A DNA stretch of 64,000 bases. It comes from Candidatus Heimdallarchaeota archaeon (GTDB lineage Archaea; Asgardarchaeota; Heimdallarchaeia; Heimdallarchaeales; Heimdallarchaeaceae). A program made the position numbers and the translations under genes. Of the stretch, positions 18,451 through 27,769 are shown piece by piece. Position 1 is the first letter of the stretch; each line of letters starts with the position of its first letter. Location of the stretch: positions 96,001 through 160,000 of the forward strand of contig JAEOSZ010000031.1 in assembly GCA_016840095.1 (NCBI GenBank). Direction: 5' to 3'. Under the pieces are notes generated by a model, which was not told where the DNA came from, ran no database searches, and was given only the letters and a program-made list of their open reading frames with translations.

Positions 18451-19512
18451 CTAAGTCAAATAAACAGGCTTGTAAGGATAAATTGGAATAACTTGATTAC
18501 ACTTAGGGCATCTACCTTTTTCTGTTAGAGAATTGAAGATAACTGAAAAAATATTCCTCTTTATCAGTAATTCAGAGCAATTGGGGCAATATGTACTTTG
18601 GAAGGGATGACCAGGGATGTTCCCCAAGTAGACGAAATTTAACCCTTCATCTTTTGCAATGGTGTGAGCTTTTTGAAGTTGTGAGATTGAAGTTTTTTCT
18701 ATCCTTGTTAAGTAGGATGGAAAGTATCTTATGAAATGAACAGGTGTGTTGACAGAAAGATTCTTTATAACATCTTGAGCGAAATCCCTAATAAACTCCT
18801 CATCATCATTGATTGTTGGAATTAATAAGTAAACGAGTTCGATATGGATGCTTCTTTGATAAGCCATCTGTAGATTTTCCCAAACATATTTGAGCTTCAT
18901 ATCTAGCAAACAATCCACAACATTTTCTGTTCCTTTAAAACTAACAGTCATCCCAGTCATTCCAGCTGAGATGAGATAATCTAAAGCTTCACCAGTCATG
19001 TAACCATTGGTAACAATCATTTTGTAATAATCATTTGTGACTAGTTGGAATACATCAACAGCAAATTCTAGAGAAAGAGTAGGCTCATTGAATGAGAAAC
19101 AAACACCATTAATTGATGGATTAAAAGAAGCATTCTCTGCAACTTTTTCTGGTGTCATTAGACTTGCATCTGTATATTTTTCTGGAGGAGGATTTTTAGT
19201 TATATCCCAATTCAAGCACCAATCGCATTCAAAGTTACATCCCCATGAACCTAAAGTCAAAGCTGTTGAACCAGGAAAATAATGATATGCAGGTTTTTTC
19301 TCAATTGGGTTTAAACTGTAACTAGAAACATCCCCATATTGAAGAGTATACAACTTTCCTTCAAAATTCCTTCTTGTTTTACATTTGCCTATTTCTCCCT
19401 CTTGAATAACACACATTCTTCTGCATGTTAAACATTGAACACTGTCACCACTCATCTTTTTGAAGAGATATGATTGTTTAATTCGTGGATCATCTGTGTT
19501 CAATGTATTCAT
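18451..19512 (-). CDS. AmmeMemoRadiSam-type radical SAM enzyme
   Basis: N-terminal CxxC/C cluster, PIEKKP, GCNFECDWCLNWDI, C-terminal CPNC...CPKC. Confidence 0.9.
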   Translation of the reverse strand: MNTLNTDDPRIKQSYLFKKMSGDSVQCLTCRRMCVIQEGEIGKCKTRRNFEGKLYTLQYGDVSSYSLNPIEKKPAYHYFPGSTALTLGSWGCNFECDWCLNWDITKNPPPEKYTDASLMTPEKVAENASFNPSINGVCFSFNEPTLSLEFAVDVFQLVTNDYYKMIVTNGYMTGEALDYLISAGMTGMTVSFKGTENVVDCLLDMKLKYVWENLQMAYQRSIHIELVYLLIPTINDDEEFIRDFAQDVIKNLSVNTPVHFIRYFPSYLTRIEKTSISQLQKAHTIAKDEGLNFVYLGNIPGHPFQSTYCPNCSELLIKRNIFSVIFNSLTEKGRCPKCNQVIPIYPYKPVYLT

Positions 19513-19623
19513 TTCTTATGTAGGATATTTCCTATAAAAGATTGTTGTAGTCTTTAACTCAATTCTATGATGTAATTAGAAACATTTTTTATTTTAGTGA
19601 CAAATACATATTAGGTTTCGATC

Positions 19624-20283
19624 TTGAGTTATGTTCTAATGAAAGTTCTTGAATCTGCTCCCCATAGGTACGATAAAGGTATAAAGATTCTAACTTTAGG
19701 GAAAATTGACAAAGCATACGATAGGGTAATTGAAAACATAAAGAAACATGATAATGTTCTAGATATTGGTTGTGGAACTGGAATGTTATCTTTTAGAGCT
19801 GTTATTAAAGGTGCAACAGTAATAGGAATTGACATCAATCCAGAAATGCTAGAAATTGCAGAAAAAAGAACGGAAGAGCTCAAAGTAGAAGAGAAGATAA
19901 AATTTCTAGAAATGGGAGTTGCTGAATTAGATCGATTTGAAAATGAATCATTTGAAGTAGTTGTTAGTGGATTATGTTTTTCAGAGCTAAGTGATGATGA
20001 AATTTCTTATACATTACATCAAATTAAACGGATTTTGCATACTGAAGGTAAATTTCTCTTAGTTGATGAAACTAGGAGTAAATCAATTGTAAAGAGAATT
20101 GTAAACTTGTTTTTACGGGTACCTCTTATTATTCTAACGTACATTCTAACCCAAACCACTTCCAGAGCTTTAAAAAATATTGAGAAAGAAATAGAAGAAA
20201 CTGGCTTAAAAATCCAATCTAGAAAATCGAATTTTCTAGATAATTTTGTTGAATTAGTAATTGTTAGGAAGGATATGAAATGA
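19624..20283 (+). CDS. cpaM: Class I SAM methyltransferase (corrinoid protein-associated, CpaM-like)
   Basis: MKVLESAPHRYD N-terminus, VLDIGCGTG, GIDIN; overlaps the downstream HgcAB-like gene (ATGA). Confidence 0.75.
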   Translation: MSYVLMKVLESAPHRYDKGIKILTLGKIDKAYDRVIENIKKHDNVLDIGCGTGMLSFRAVIKGATVIGIDINPEMLEIAEKRTEELKVEEKIKFLEMGVAELDRFENESFEVVVSGLCFSELSDDEISYTLHQIKRILHTEGKFLLVDETRSKSIVKRIVNLFLRVPLIILTYILTQTTSRALKNIEKEIEETGLKIQSRKSNFLDNFVELVIVRKDMK

Positions 20284-21425
20284 GATTATTCTACTACATT
20301 TATTATGGCTTTATTACCATTCTGGAGACATTGATGAGAATGTTTCCCTTTCCTGCTAAAACAGGATATCAGAAAGTTGGGAAGCCTGATGAAGATTCTC
20401 CGGTCCTTTTAACATGTAATTTTCATTTAACTATCTTGCGATTGAAAAAAGCTACAAGAGGACTGAATTATCATCTTCTGGTTGCTAATAGCAAAGGTAT
20501 TAATGTCTGGTGTGCTGCGACAGGAGGTCATTTTAACGATCATTCTGTAATTTCAGTCATAAAGTTGAGTGGAATTGAAAATAAAGTAAATCACAAGAAA
20601 ATTATTCTTCCACAACTAGCTGCACCAGGTGTAGAAGCAAAAGAAATTCAAAAAAGGATCGGTTGGAAGGTTCTATGGGGTCCAGTTGATTTAAAAGATA
20701 TACCTGAGTTTTTTGAAACAAATTTTGAAAAAACAGATCCGATGAAAGAAGTGAAGTTTAAACTAATCCAAAGAATTGAGATGGCAATTATGTGGTCATT
20801 TCTTGCAAGTATAGTAGTAATGCCAATATGGGGACCATTGTTTAAACTTGAAGCAGCATTCATGTTAGCACAGATATTCTTCATTTACTTGCTATCACTA
20901 ATTTCGTTTCCAATATTTGAAAAAATCTTTCAAAAAGAAGTTGAAAAGAAGAAGGCTTTTTTCACAGTTGGTAATCTTATAGTTGTTCTTATCAATCTCA
21001 TTTATGCAACAATTGGCGTAGTATTGTATGTGATTGTTTATCAAAAAGATTATTCTTGGATTTTACTTAGGTGGTGTATTGTCTCGTTCCTATTGGTTCT
21101 ATTAGCAAATATGGAACTTAAAGGATCAACTCCAACATACAAGAGTGATTCTCATGCTGACAAACTGTTTGATGTAGGGATAGATTTTGAGAGATGCAGG
21201 GGAACAGGAATCTGTATTGATGTTTGTCCAAGAAACTGTTATAAGATGGATACGGAGAAGAATAAAATTACCATGCCTAGGCAAAAATATTGTGTTCAGT
21301 GTGGGGCTTGTATTGTTCAATGTCCATTTGACGCTCTTTATTTCATTAATAGAAAAGGAGATACAATCAACCCTAGTACAGTAAGAAAATTCAAGCTAAA
21401 TCTAATGGGTAAGAGAGTTGACTAA
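20280..21425 (+). CDS. Fused HgcAB-like protein (corrinoid domain + TM helices + ferredoxin)
   Basis: SPVLLTCNF, GINVWCAATGG cap helix, ILPQLAAPG, WGPV; 4 TM; CRGTGICIDVCP and CVQCGACIVQCP. Confidence 0.9.
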   Translation: MRLFYYIYYGFITILETLMRMFPFPAKTGYQKVGKPDEDSPVLLTCNFHLTILRLKKATRGLNYHLLVANSKGINVWCAATGGHFNDHSVISVIKLSGIENKVNHKKIILPQLAAPGVEAKEIQKRIGWKVLWGPVDLKDIPEFFETNFEKTDPMKEVKFKLIQRIEMAIMWSFLASIVVMPIWGPLFKLEAAFMLAQIFFIYLLSLISFPIFEKIFQKEVEKKKAFFTVGNLIVVLINLIYATIGVVLYVIVYQKDYSWILLRWCIVSFLLVLLANMELKGSTPTYKSDSHADKLFDVGIDFERCRGTGICIDVCPRNCYKMDTEKNKITMPRQKYCVQCGACIVQCPFDALYFINRKGDTINPSTVRKFKLNLMGKRVD

Positions 21426-23302
21426 TACACAATTACCTGTTTCTTCTGACTACCTGCTACCATAACTATTGGTAACCATTCAATGAAAGGAACCATTTTT
21501 TGTTCTTCCAGAACATAGTCTCTAAATTTAAGTGATAGTGGATTTGCTAGATTGAATGAAAATGGTGTCAAAGAATTGTAATCAACAATAGGAAGTGTAA
21601 TCTTGGAACTGTTTGTAAATACAGTATTATTAGCTACGTAAGTTGTTGTATTTGCCCACAAAGGATCTCCAGTGTTAGGGTTTGGTTCAAATCTTGGGTA
21701 ATTTGAACTAGATACATCTATTCTAAGCTTGTGACCTTCATTGAAGAGATATGCAGTACTATCTAATTCTAAGTTTATCTCATAAATTGAATCAGGAGTA
21801 AGAAATTCCCAATCAGTTAAACTATTTCTATTTCTTGCTCTGATAATTGTATCTGTTATAATCATAGATCTGTTATCTGGATAAACATCAATTAACTTGA
21901 CTGTAAAATCAGTATCTGTACAATTAGAGCTTATGAAGAGAGAGACTTCAACTTGACCTGCAATAGTCAAAGGTTGTGCAAGAACAGGAGTGGAAAAGCG
22001 AAGAATATCATCTCGGTAATCTAAAGGTTGTTGATCATATATTCCAGCGTCAATCGCTAGATTACCTCCACCAATAGTGAGAACAGGATTATTTGGATCA
22101 TAATGAAAAGTTATACTTTCTGTCAAGGAATTACTTATTGAGGGAGTACTAGCAATAGGTGAGTATACTGATGGAAGCAAACTTAGATTTGAATACAAAT
22201 ATAGATCATCAGGAACAGATGCAATTGGCCAGGAAGAAGCTTGGTACCAATTATTACCCAACAGACCTGGATTATGTTCTAGTGAACTCATAAGATAGTA
22301 CATAACTGGGGGTAACATATCCCATGAACTAGAGTTACCCAATAACCATTTATCAAAAATGGCATCAGTTGCTTGGATTATAATCCCAGGATTTTGATAA
22401 GGAAAAGAAATGACACCTGTTGGAGCTCCAAACATCCCCCCATGTACCCAAGGACCCATGATTAGTTTTGCATTGCCTGCTGCTCCTAAACCTCCTTGAG
22501 TCTGGTATCCATTGAACCCATCAATTGAACCTTGAGCAAAAATATCATACCATCCTCCCAGATGAATAGATGCAGCATGAATATCTGAAAAATTATTTCT
22601 TATATCTCCTTGTGCCCAAAATTCACTGTATTTCTCATAAGTTTGCATCATATCAAAAGTACTTTCTGGAAAACCATTTGCTAGTGACCAAGGGATTATT
22701 AGCTCACTCCTTAATTGTCCTCCTCTAAAAACTGCCTCATAGACATTGGGAGTTGCAACTGTAGGAAATTGACATACTAAAGAATCTGGCGCTTTAGGCG
22801 CCATAAGATATTGAGCTATACCCAGCGCCGATAAACCCCATGTTCCAATTTTTCCGTTACACCAGGGTTGATCTGTTATCCACCATAAGGAATCTTGGCC
22901 ATCATTTTGTTCTGAAAAAAATGGTAGTGTTAATTCACCTTCTGAACCAAAAAATCCTCTGAAGTCTTGTAAAACTACTATCATACCTTCTTCAGCATAG
23001 CCTGCAAGTGCAGTTAAAGCATCTTTATTATATGGTGTTCTCACAAAAATCACAGGTTTGGATTCATTGATGTAAAGAGGTAGATAAACATCAGTTGCCA
23101 GTCCTATGTCATCTCTCATAGGCACTAAATATGATACTTTAGCATAATGAGTATAGTAAGTTGTATTAGTTGGATAATCCCAGTCGAATAACTCATTAGG
23201 AGGAGTATTTTTTGGTACAAATATAACTAGTAAAGTAGTTGAAGCGGCTACGATAATAATAGAAACTATGATTAGAGTAATTAGTTTGGTCTTCACAATC
23301 AC
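21422..23302 (-). CDS. CocE/NonD (S15) family hydrolase, N-terminally anchored
   Basis: MRDDIGLATDVY, RTPY, QDFRG, WGLSALG, GGWYD, GPWVH, SSSNYPRF. Confidence 0.9.
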   Translation of the reverse strand: MIVKTKLITLIIVSIIIVAASTTLLVIFVPKNTPPNELFDWDYPTNTTYYTHYAKVSYLVPMRDDIGLATDVYLPLYINESKPVIFVRTPYNKDALTALAGYAEEGMIVVLQDFRGFFGSEGELTLPFFSEQNDGQDSLWWITDQPWCNGKIGTWGLSALGIAQYLMAPKAPDSLVCQFPTVATPNVYEAVFRGGQLRSELIIPWSLANGFPESTFDMMQTYEKYSEFWAQGDIRNNFSDIHAASIHLGGWYDIFAQGSIDGFNGYQTQGGLGAAGNAKLIMGPWVHGGMFGAPTGVISFPYQNPGIIIQATDAIFDKWLLGNSSSWDMLPPVMYYLMSSLEHNPGLLGNNWYQASSWPIASVPDDLYLYSNLSLLPSVYSPIASTPSISNSLTESITFHYDPNNPVLTIGGGNLAIDAGIYDQQPLDYRDDILRFSTPVLAQPLTIAGQVEVSLFISSNCTDTDFTVKLIDVYPDNRSMIITDTIIRARNRNSLTDWEFLTPDSIYEINLELDSTAYLFNEGHKLRIDVSSSNYPRFEPNPNTGDPLWANTTTYVANNTVFTNSSKITLPIVDYNSLTPFSFNLANPLSLKFRDYVLEEQKMVPFIEWLPIVMVAGSQKKQVIVY

Positions 23303-23418
23303 ACTTTAAGCTAGTTGAATATATTTCTTTGGTTTTACTAGTTACTTGAGTTTCCAAATAAGTTGAAGAAAGGATACGTTTCAAAAGTATTATAAACGCA
23401 TTCAGTTCATTCAAGATA

Positions 23419-26400
23419 ATGCTGAAGAATAAGAAATTAGTATTTTACATTTTCCTAGTTTTAGTTCTGCTGCCATCTTCTTTATCTACAGCACAAACAA
23501 CTGAAACAGAAGAACTAATCTATCTTACCAATATCATAGATAATGGTGGGATACTAGAATCTGTTCCTTTGATAGACAATGAAGGTAATCTACATGCATT
23601 TGTACATGTAAGAAATTCTGAAAAAGATAGCTTAATCCATTTATCATTCCTTGATGGTGAGATTGAGATGGAAACTATTGAAGAACAAGCTTCAGGTCTT
23701 ACTATACATTATGCTTACACTTCTGATATTAATCTAGGTTTAGTTTACTCAATAGAAGATAATCTAGGTTCATTAACTTTTTATCATTTTATTGCTGGAA
23801 AATTTCTACATAACACATATGAATTCTTTTGGATATCAGGGAGTGATTATACTGGTGAATATGTAACATATTTTGAATTCCAATTCATAGATGGAATCCT
23901 TCATGGTTTTCATAACATGTGGGATCATATTGATAAGGTTAACATGACTATGTACCACTACTACGGCTTTTTGTCTTTTGACTCTGAAAGCTTCGAGTTA
24001 GATTATCCAGTACCATTTGTAACTGATACAATGGATATTACCTTAGATGAAACAGGTCAAATCTGGTATATTCATAGATTAGATCAATCTGCTTTTGGCA
24101 TCGGTACATATATTTTAGATAACAATACCATGTACATTCAACAAGATAGAACCTTCAGTAATGTTTTATCACCTGTTGAAAAAATAGATGTAAGAGCAAA
24201 TGCCAATGGTCTTTCTTATGTCTTTACGAATCCACTTTCCTTATACTGGGGTTCAATTAATAGTACAACAATTGAAGAAAATAAAATTACTACATTTTTT
24301 GATGATCCTATTGACTCATTTTATTTCAATAATGGTTTGGCACAATCAGTAATTATTGCTGATCAAGTTGATGATGATTACGTAAATCTTTACTTCTATC
24401 AATATGTAAGTGGGAATTGGAAATTCTCTTCAATAAACTCTCTGTATCAAATTACAGAAGAATCTTTTTCTATTTTTCTAACAGCAATAGACTATATTGT
24501 TCTTTATAACTTTGAAATCTCTACAGAGGATTTTAAACCTGGCCCCTCTCAAAAATATCGAGAAGAAGAAGCTTCTGGACTTTTCATACTTACATCTCTT
24601 TCATTTGATCTTGAAACGTATGCTGATGGATTAACTGCATATAATGTCATAAAAGAATTTTTCACTAAAAAATGGTATTTTCTATTAATTGCTATTATTG
24701 GTGTTGTACTGTTAGGTGTTATTATCTGGCTTTATTTAAGACGTAGAGGAGGAGATATTAAGGAGTTTTTAACCGATGAGCAGGTAGGACAACATCCAAA
24801 GATTATACTTGTTTTACTAAATATCTGGAGAAGAATTTCAAATGGTTTTAGTACAGTAACTACAATTTGGTTTTCAAACAAGAAGAGATCAATTCTTACT
24901 TTAGCAGGATTTGTTATAACCGGATATTTACTCTGTTCTGCAATAATTATAGCACAATCAGAAGAATCTGCAATGATTAAAGCTTATGATCGCGCATTTC
25001 CTCTTTTCTCAGATAAGCTTCCATCAGCTCAGCTAGAAACATCTTTTCAGTCAAGTTTTGTTGGAGGATTAAATGTATCTTCTTCTTATGGAACTGACGC
25101 AGAACAAGCAATACTGAATCTCTACGATGGATTAGTCATTGAGAAATATCTCTCCGGTGTTCAAACTAGTTATTGGACAAATACGAAAATTTATTCACCC
25201 TCATATCCCGTTTACCTATCATACCATTTTGTATCTCTACCAGATTCATGTGATGATTTTATTGATTCTATGTTAGTTGAAGGGAGAACACCAATAAATG
25301 ATTCAGAAGTTATATTGGAACAGAGGCTTGCAGATTTAACTCATACAAGTGTCAATGATACATTGAGCATAGTTGCTTCTACTGATAGTCCAGGAGATGT
25401 ACATAATTACCTCCTAAACACAACTGTTGTTGGAATTTATGCTCAAATAAATACAGCACAAGCAAAACGTACTGCAGCTTATTTTGGCGTCCCTTATGAT
25501 ATCTATACTCTTGCTTCAGATAATTCATACATTATTACTAAACAAAGTATCTTTTTTGATATCATTTCTAAAGGTGGAAAGATGAATCTTCTCCTAAGGG
25601 GATATTATCAACTGGAGATGAACTTCGATGAATTCAATGTTGCTGAAAGGAATGAAATATTAGCCGAGCAAGATATTTTAGCAGGAAGAGTGTTTTCATT
25701 TGCATTTGATGATTCATCAATTGTTAGAGTAAAAGATGAAATCGCGGATTTCTTTGAAGAGTTCAATACTTATTATCTTAATAATATGGCTCGATTATTG
25801 ATTTTTGCAATACCTGCAGTGCTACTATCAATTTTCATGGTATTTGAATCTTCAGAACTATTTTCTACTAGTTATGAGCAAGAAATGGAAATTATGAGAA
25901 GCAGGGGTATAAAAACGAGGAAGATTTTTTCTACTTACCTCGCAATAAGAGTTATCGAAATTATAATCGCAAGTTTATTTAGTTTTGCAATTGCAGTAGC
26001 AACGGCAGTTCCCCTAATTAGAATTAATGGTTTTATAAGATTCACAAATACTGATACTAACTTAACTATAGGAAATGTTCCAGGAATACTAGGAATAGTG
26101 ATTGCATTCTTATTCATAATTTCTATTCCAAGAATTATTATTCTAGTTAGGAGAAAGAAAAAGATCGAAAAAGCACCACCTGTGAAGAAGAAATCTCACA
26201 AGAGATTAGACAATAGAGGATTGGTAAAAGCTGCAGCAAAGACTACTAGCAAAGATATTGCAAAATCTTCTATTACAGGTGTAACAGAAATATCTGAAGA
26301 AACCGCACTAAATTCAGTTATTGCATTCTTCTCTATCATTATTAAGTACAAATTAATTTCTTGGAGAGATGTATTCTTCCTCATTTTGGGATCTGGAACA

Positions 26401-27765
26401 GTAGTCTTATTCTATAACCGTTCAGTTACTTCGTATTATGATGCAACTCAGGGGAGTTTTACTCTTAATCTCTTCTTAACAATAACTGGAGCAATAATTA
26501 TCTTGATGGGGGCATTGCCTTTCATAATCAAAGTTCTTGGACTAATATTGAGAGCAGTGAGTAATGTAGTTTGGAGAGCTAAGAAAAGTAAATTCAATTT
26601 CTCAATAGCTGAAATTGGAAAAGATATCAGGTACTTCGAAAATATCACTCTGATTTTCCTATTAGTTGTTCTAATTATAATACCTGTACTCATCGTACCT
26701 TATTCAAAAGAATCAACTCTGACAGAACAAGCTTATTTCATCAATGGTTCAGATGTTAAAATTGAAAATTGGGCAGATTTAGATGGAATTACAGAGGAAG
26801 ACATCAACGATTTGCCACAAGTGAAAGAGTATACTCACATTGAAGTTCATACTGTATACAATACGATGTTTAGGTATACGCGTTTAATTGTAGTAAATAC
26901 GACGTCATTCTTGGATACAGTAGAGATTCCTCCAGAATATATGTCAAATGTAAGGTGGAACCAAATTAAACAGCTTAATGCAAATACAACAATGGTATCA
27001 GAAGCAATGTATACAGATTATTATTTAGGATTAGGAGATAGATACGAATTCGCTCATCCGGATATACTAGGGTTAAGGCACTCTTTAACTGTTATTGCTC
27101 AATTTGATATGTTTCCGATGCATTATTTCGAAGAAGATTCTGATGATAGGGAATATACAATGATTATGTCGACAGAAGCTTTTGAAATCTTAGAAGACAT
27201 CATAGTCAGAAGATTAAAAACTAGTGATGAAATAATAATAAAAACCCAAAACAGCATAGCTGCACAAACAGTTAAAAATAAACTATTTGAAGAAGACCCA
27301 GATATCAAGGCTAAAACAATTGAAGATGTAAAAGATAGTCTGAAAACACCTTTGTATAACATCTTCATTATAGAAATGATTCTATCACTTTTTGTAGCCT
27401 TAGTTGTATTAATGTTTTCAACATTTACAACAGCAATAAAGATTCTTGAGAAACGTGTAATAAAACACGATATTATGAAAAAGATGGGAATAAACACAAC
27501 GAAAATAATTAACATGACGACGATTCAAACGACAATAGCAGCAATCGTTCCTGCATTAATATTAGGAGCAGCAGGAGGAATAGTAGCTGTAAATCCAACA
27601 TTGAAACAATTAGAATATGGAGCACAACAGTTCTCGATGCATGTGAATTATCCTGTAGTGATGTTAGTAGTTTTATTCGTAGGAATACCCTCACTGATAT
27701 ACATAAGTCTAAGGTTTATCCTGAAACGGGAATTTGCAAAATATGCACCAACTATGATGGAGTAG
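23419..27765 (+). CDS. Large FtsX/MacB-like ABC permease with extra N-terminal extracellular domain
   Basis: Signal peptide, about 390-aa beta-rich domain, TM, then two FtsX-like modules (EGRTP, MRSRG, MKKMG). Confidence 0.82.
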   Translation: MLKNKKLVFYIFLVLVLLPSSLSTAQTTETEELIYLTNIIDNGGILESVPLIDNEGNLHAFVHVRNSEKDSLIHLSFLDGEIEMETIEEQASGLTIHYAYTSDINLGLVYSIEDNLGSLTFYHFIAGKFLHNTYEFFWISGSDYTGEYVTYFEFQFIDGILHGFHNMWDHIDKVNMTMYHYYGFLSFDSESFELDYPVPFVTDTMDITLDETGQIWYIHRLDQSAFGIGTYILDNNTMYIQQDRTFSNVLSPVEKIDVRANANGLSYVFTNPLSLYWGSINSTTIEENKITTFFDDPIDSFYFNNGLAQSVIIADQVDDDYVNLYFYQYVSGNWKFSSINSLYQITEESFSIFLTAIDYIVLYNFEISTEDFKPGPSQKYREEEASGLFILTSLSFDLETYADGLTAYNVIKEFFTKKWYFLLIAIIGVVLLGVIIWLYLRRRGGDIKEFLTDEQVGQHPKIILVLLNIWRRISNGFSTVTTIWFSNKKRSILTLAGFVITGYLLCSAIIIAQSEESAMIKAYDRAFPLFSDKLPSAQLETSFQSSFVGGLNVSSSYGTDAEQAILNLYDGLVIEKYLSGVQTSYWTNTKIYSPSYPVYLSYHFVSLPDSCDDFIDSMLVEGRTPINDSEVILEQRLADLTHTSVNDTLSIVASTDSPGDVHNYLLNTTVVGIYAQINTAQAKRTAAYFGVPYDIYTLASDNSYIITKQSIFFDIISKGGKMNLLLRGYYQLEMNFDEFNVAERNEILAEQDILAGRVFSFAFDDSSIVRVKDEIADFFEEFNTYYLNNMARLLIFAIPAVLLSIFMVFESSELFSTSYEQEMEIMRSRGIKTRKIFSTYLAIRVIEIIIASLFSFAIAVATAVPLIRINGFIRFTNTDTNLTIGNVPGILGIVIAFLFIISIPRIIILVRRKKKIEKAPPVKKKSHKRLDNRGLVKAAAKTTSKDIAKSSITGVTEISEETALNSVIAFFSIIIKYKLISWRDVFFLILGSGTVVLFYNRSVTSYYDATQGSFTLNLFLTITGAIIILMGALPFIIKVLGLILRAVSNVVWRAKKSKFNFSIAEIGKDIRYFENITLIFLLVVLIIIPVLIVPYSKESTLTEQAYFINGSDVKIENWADLDGITEEDINDLPQVKEYTHIEVHTVYNTMFRYTRLIVVNTTSFLDTVEIPPEYMSNVRWNQIKQLNANTTMVSEAMYTDYYLGLGDRYEFAHPDILGLRHSLTVIAQFDMFPMHYFEEDSDDREYTMIMSTEAFEILEDIIVRRLKTSDEIIIKTQNSIAAQTVKNKLFEEDPDIKAKTIEDVKDSLKTPLYNIFIIEMILSLFVALVVLMFSTFTTAIKILEKRVIKHDIMKKMGINTTKIINMTTIQTTIAAIVPALILGAAGGIVAVNPTLKQLEYGAQQFSMHVNYPVVMLVVLFVGIPSLIYISLRFILKREFAKYAPTMME

Positions 27766-27769
27766 AAAA

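Noticed and set aside
20280-21425. Calling this a mercury methylase (hgcA/hgcB)
   Set aside because: Fused architecture, non-canonical cap helix and no HgcB C-terminal cysteines; tested fused homologs are not known to methylate Hg.
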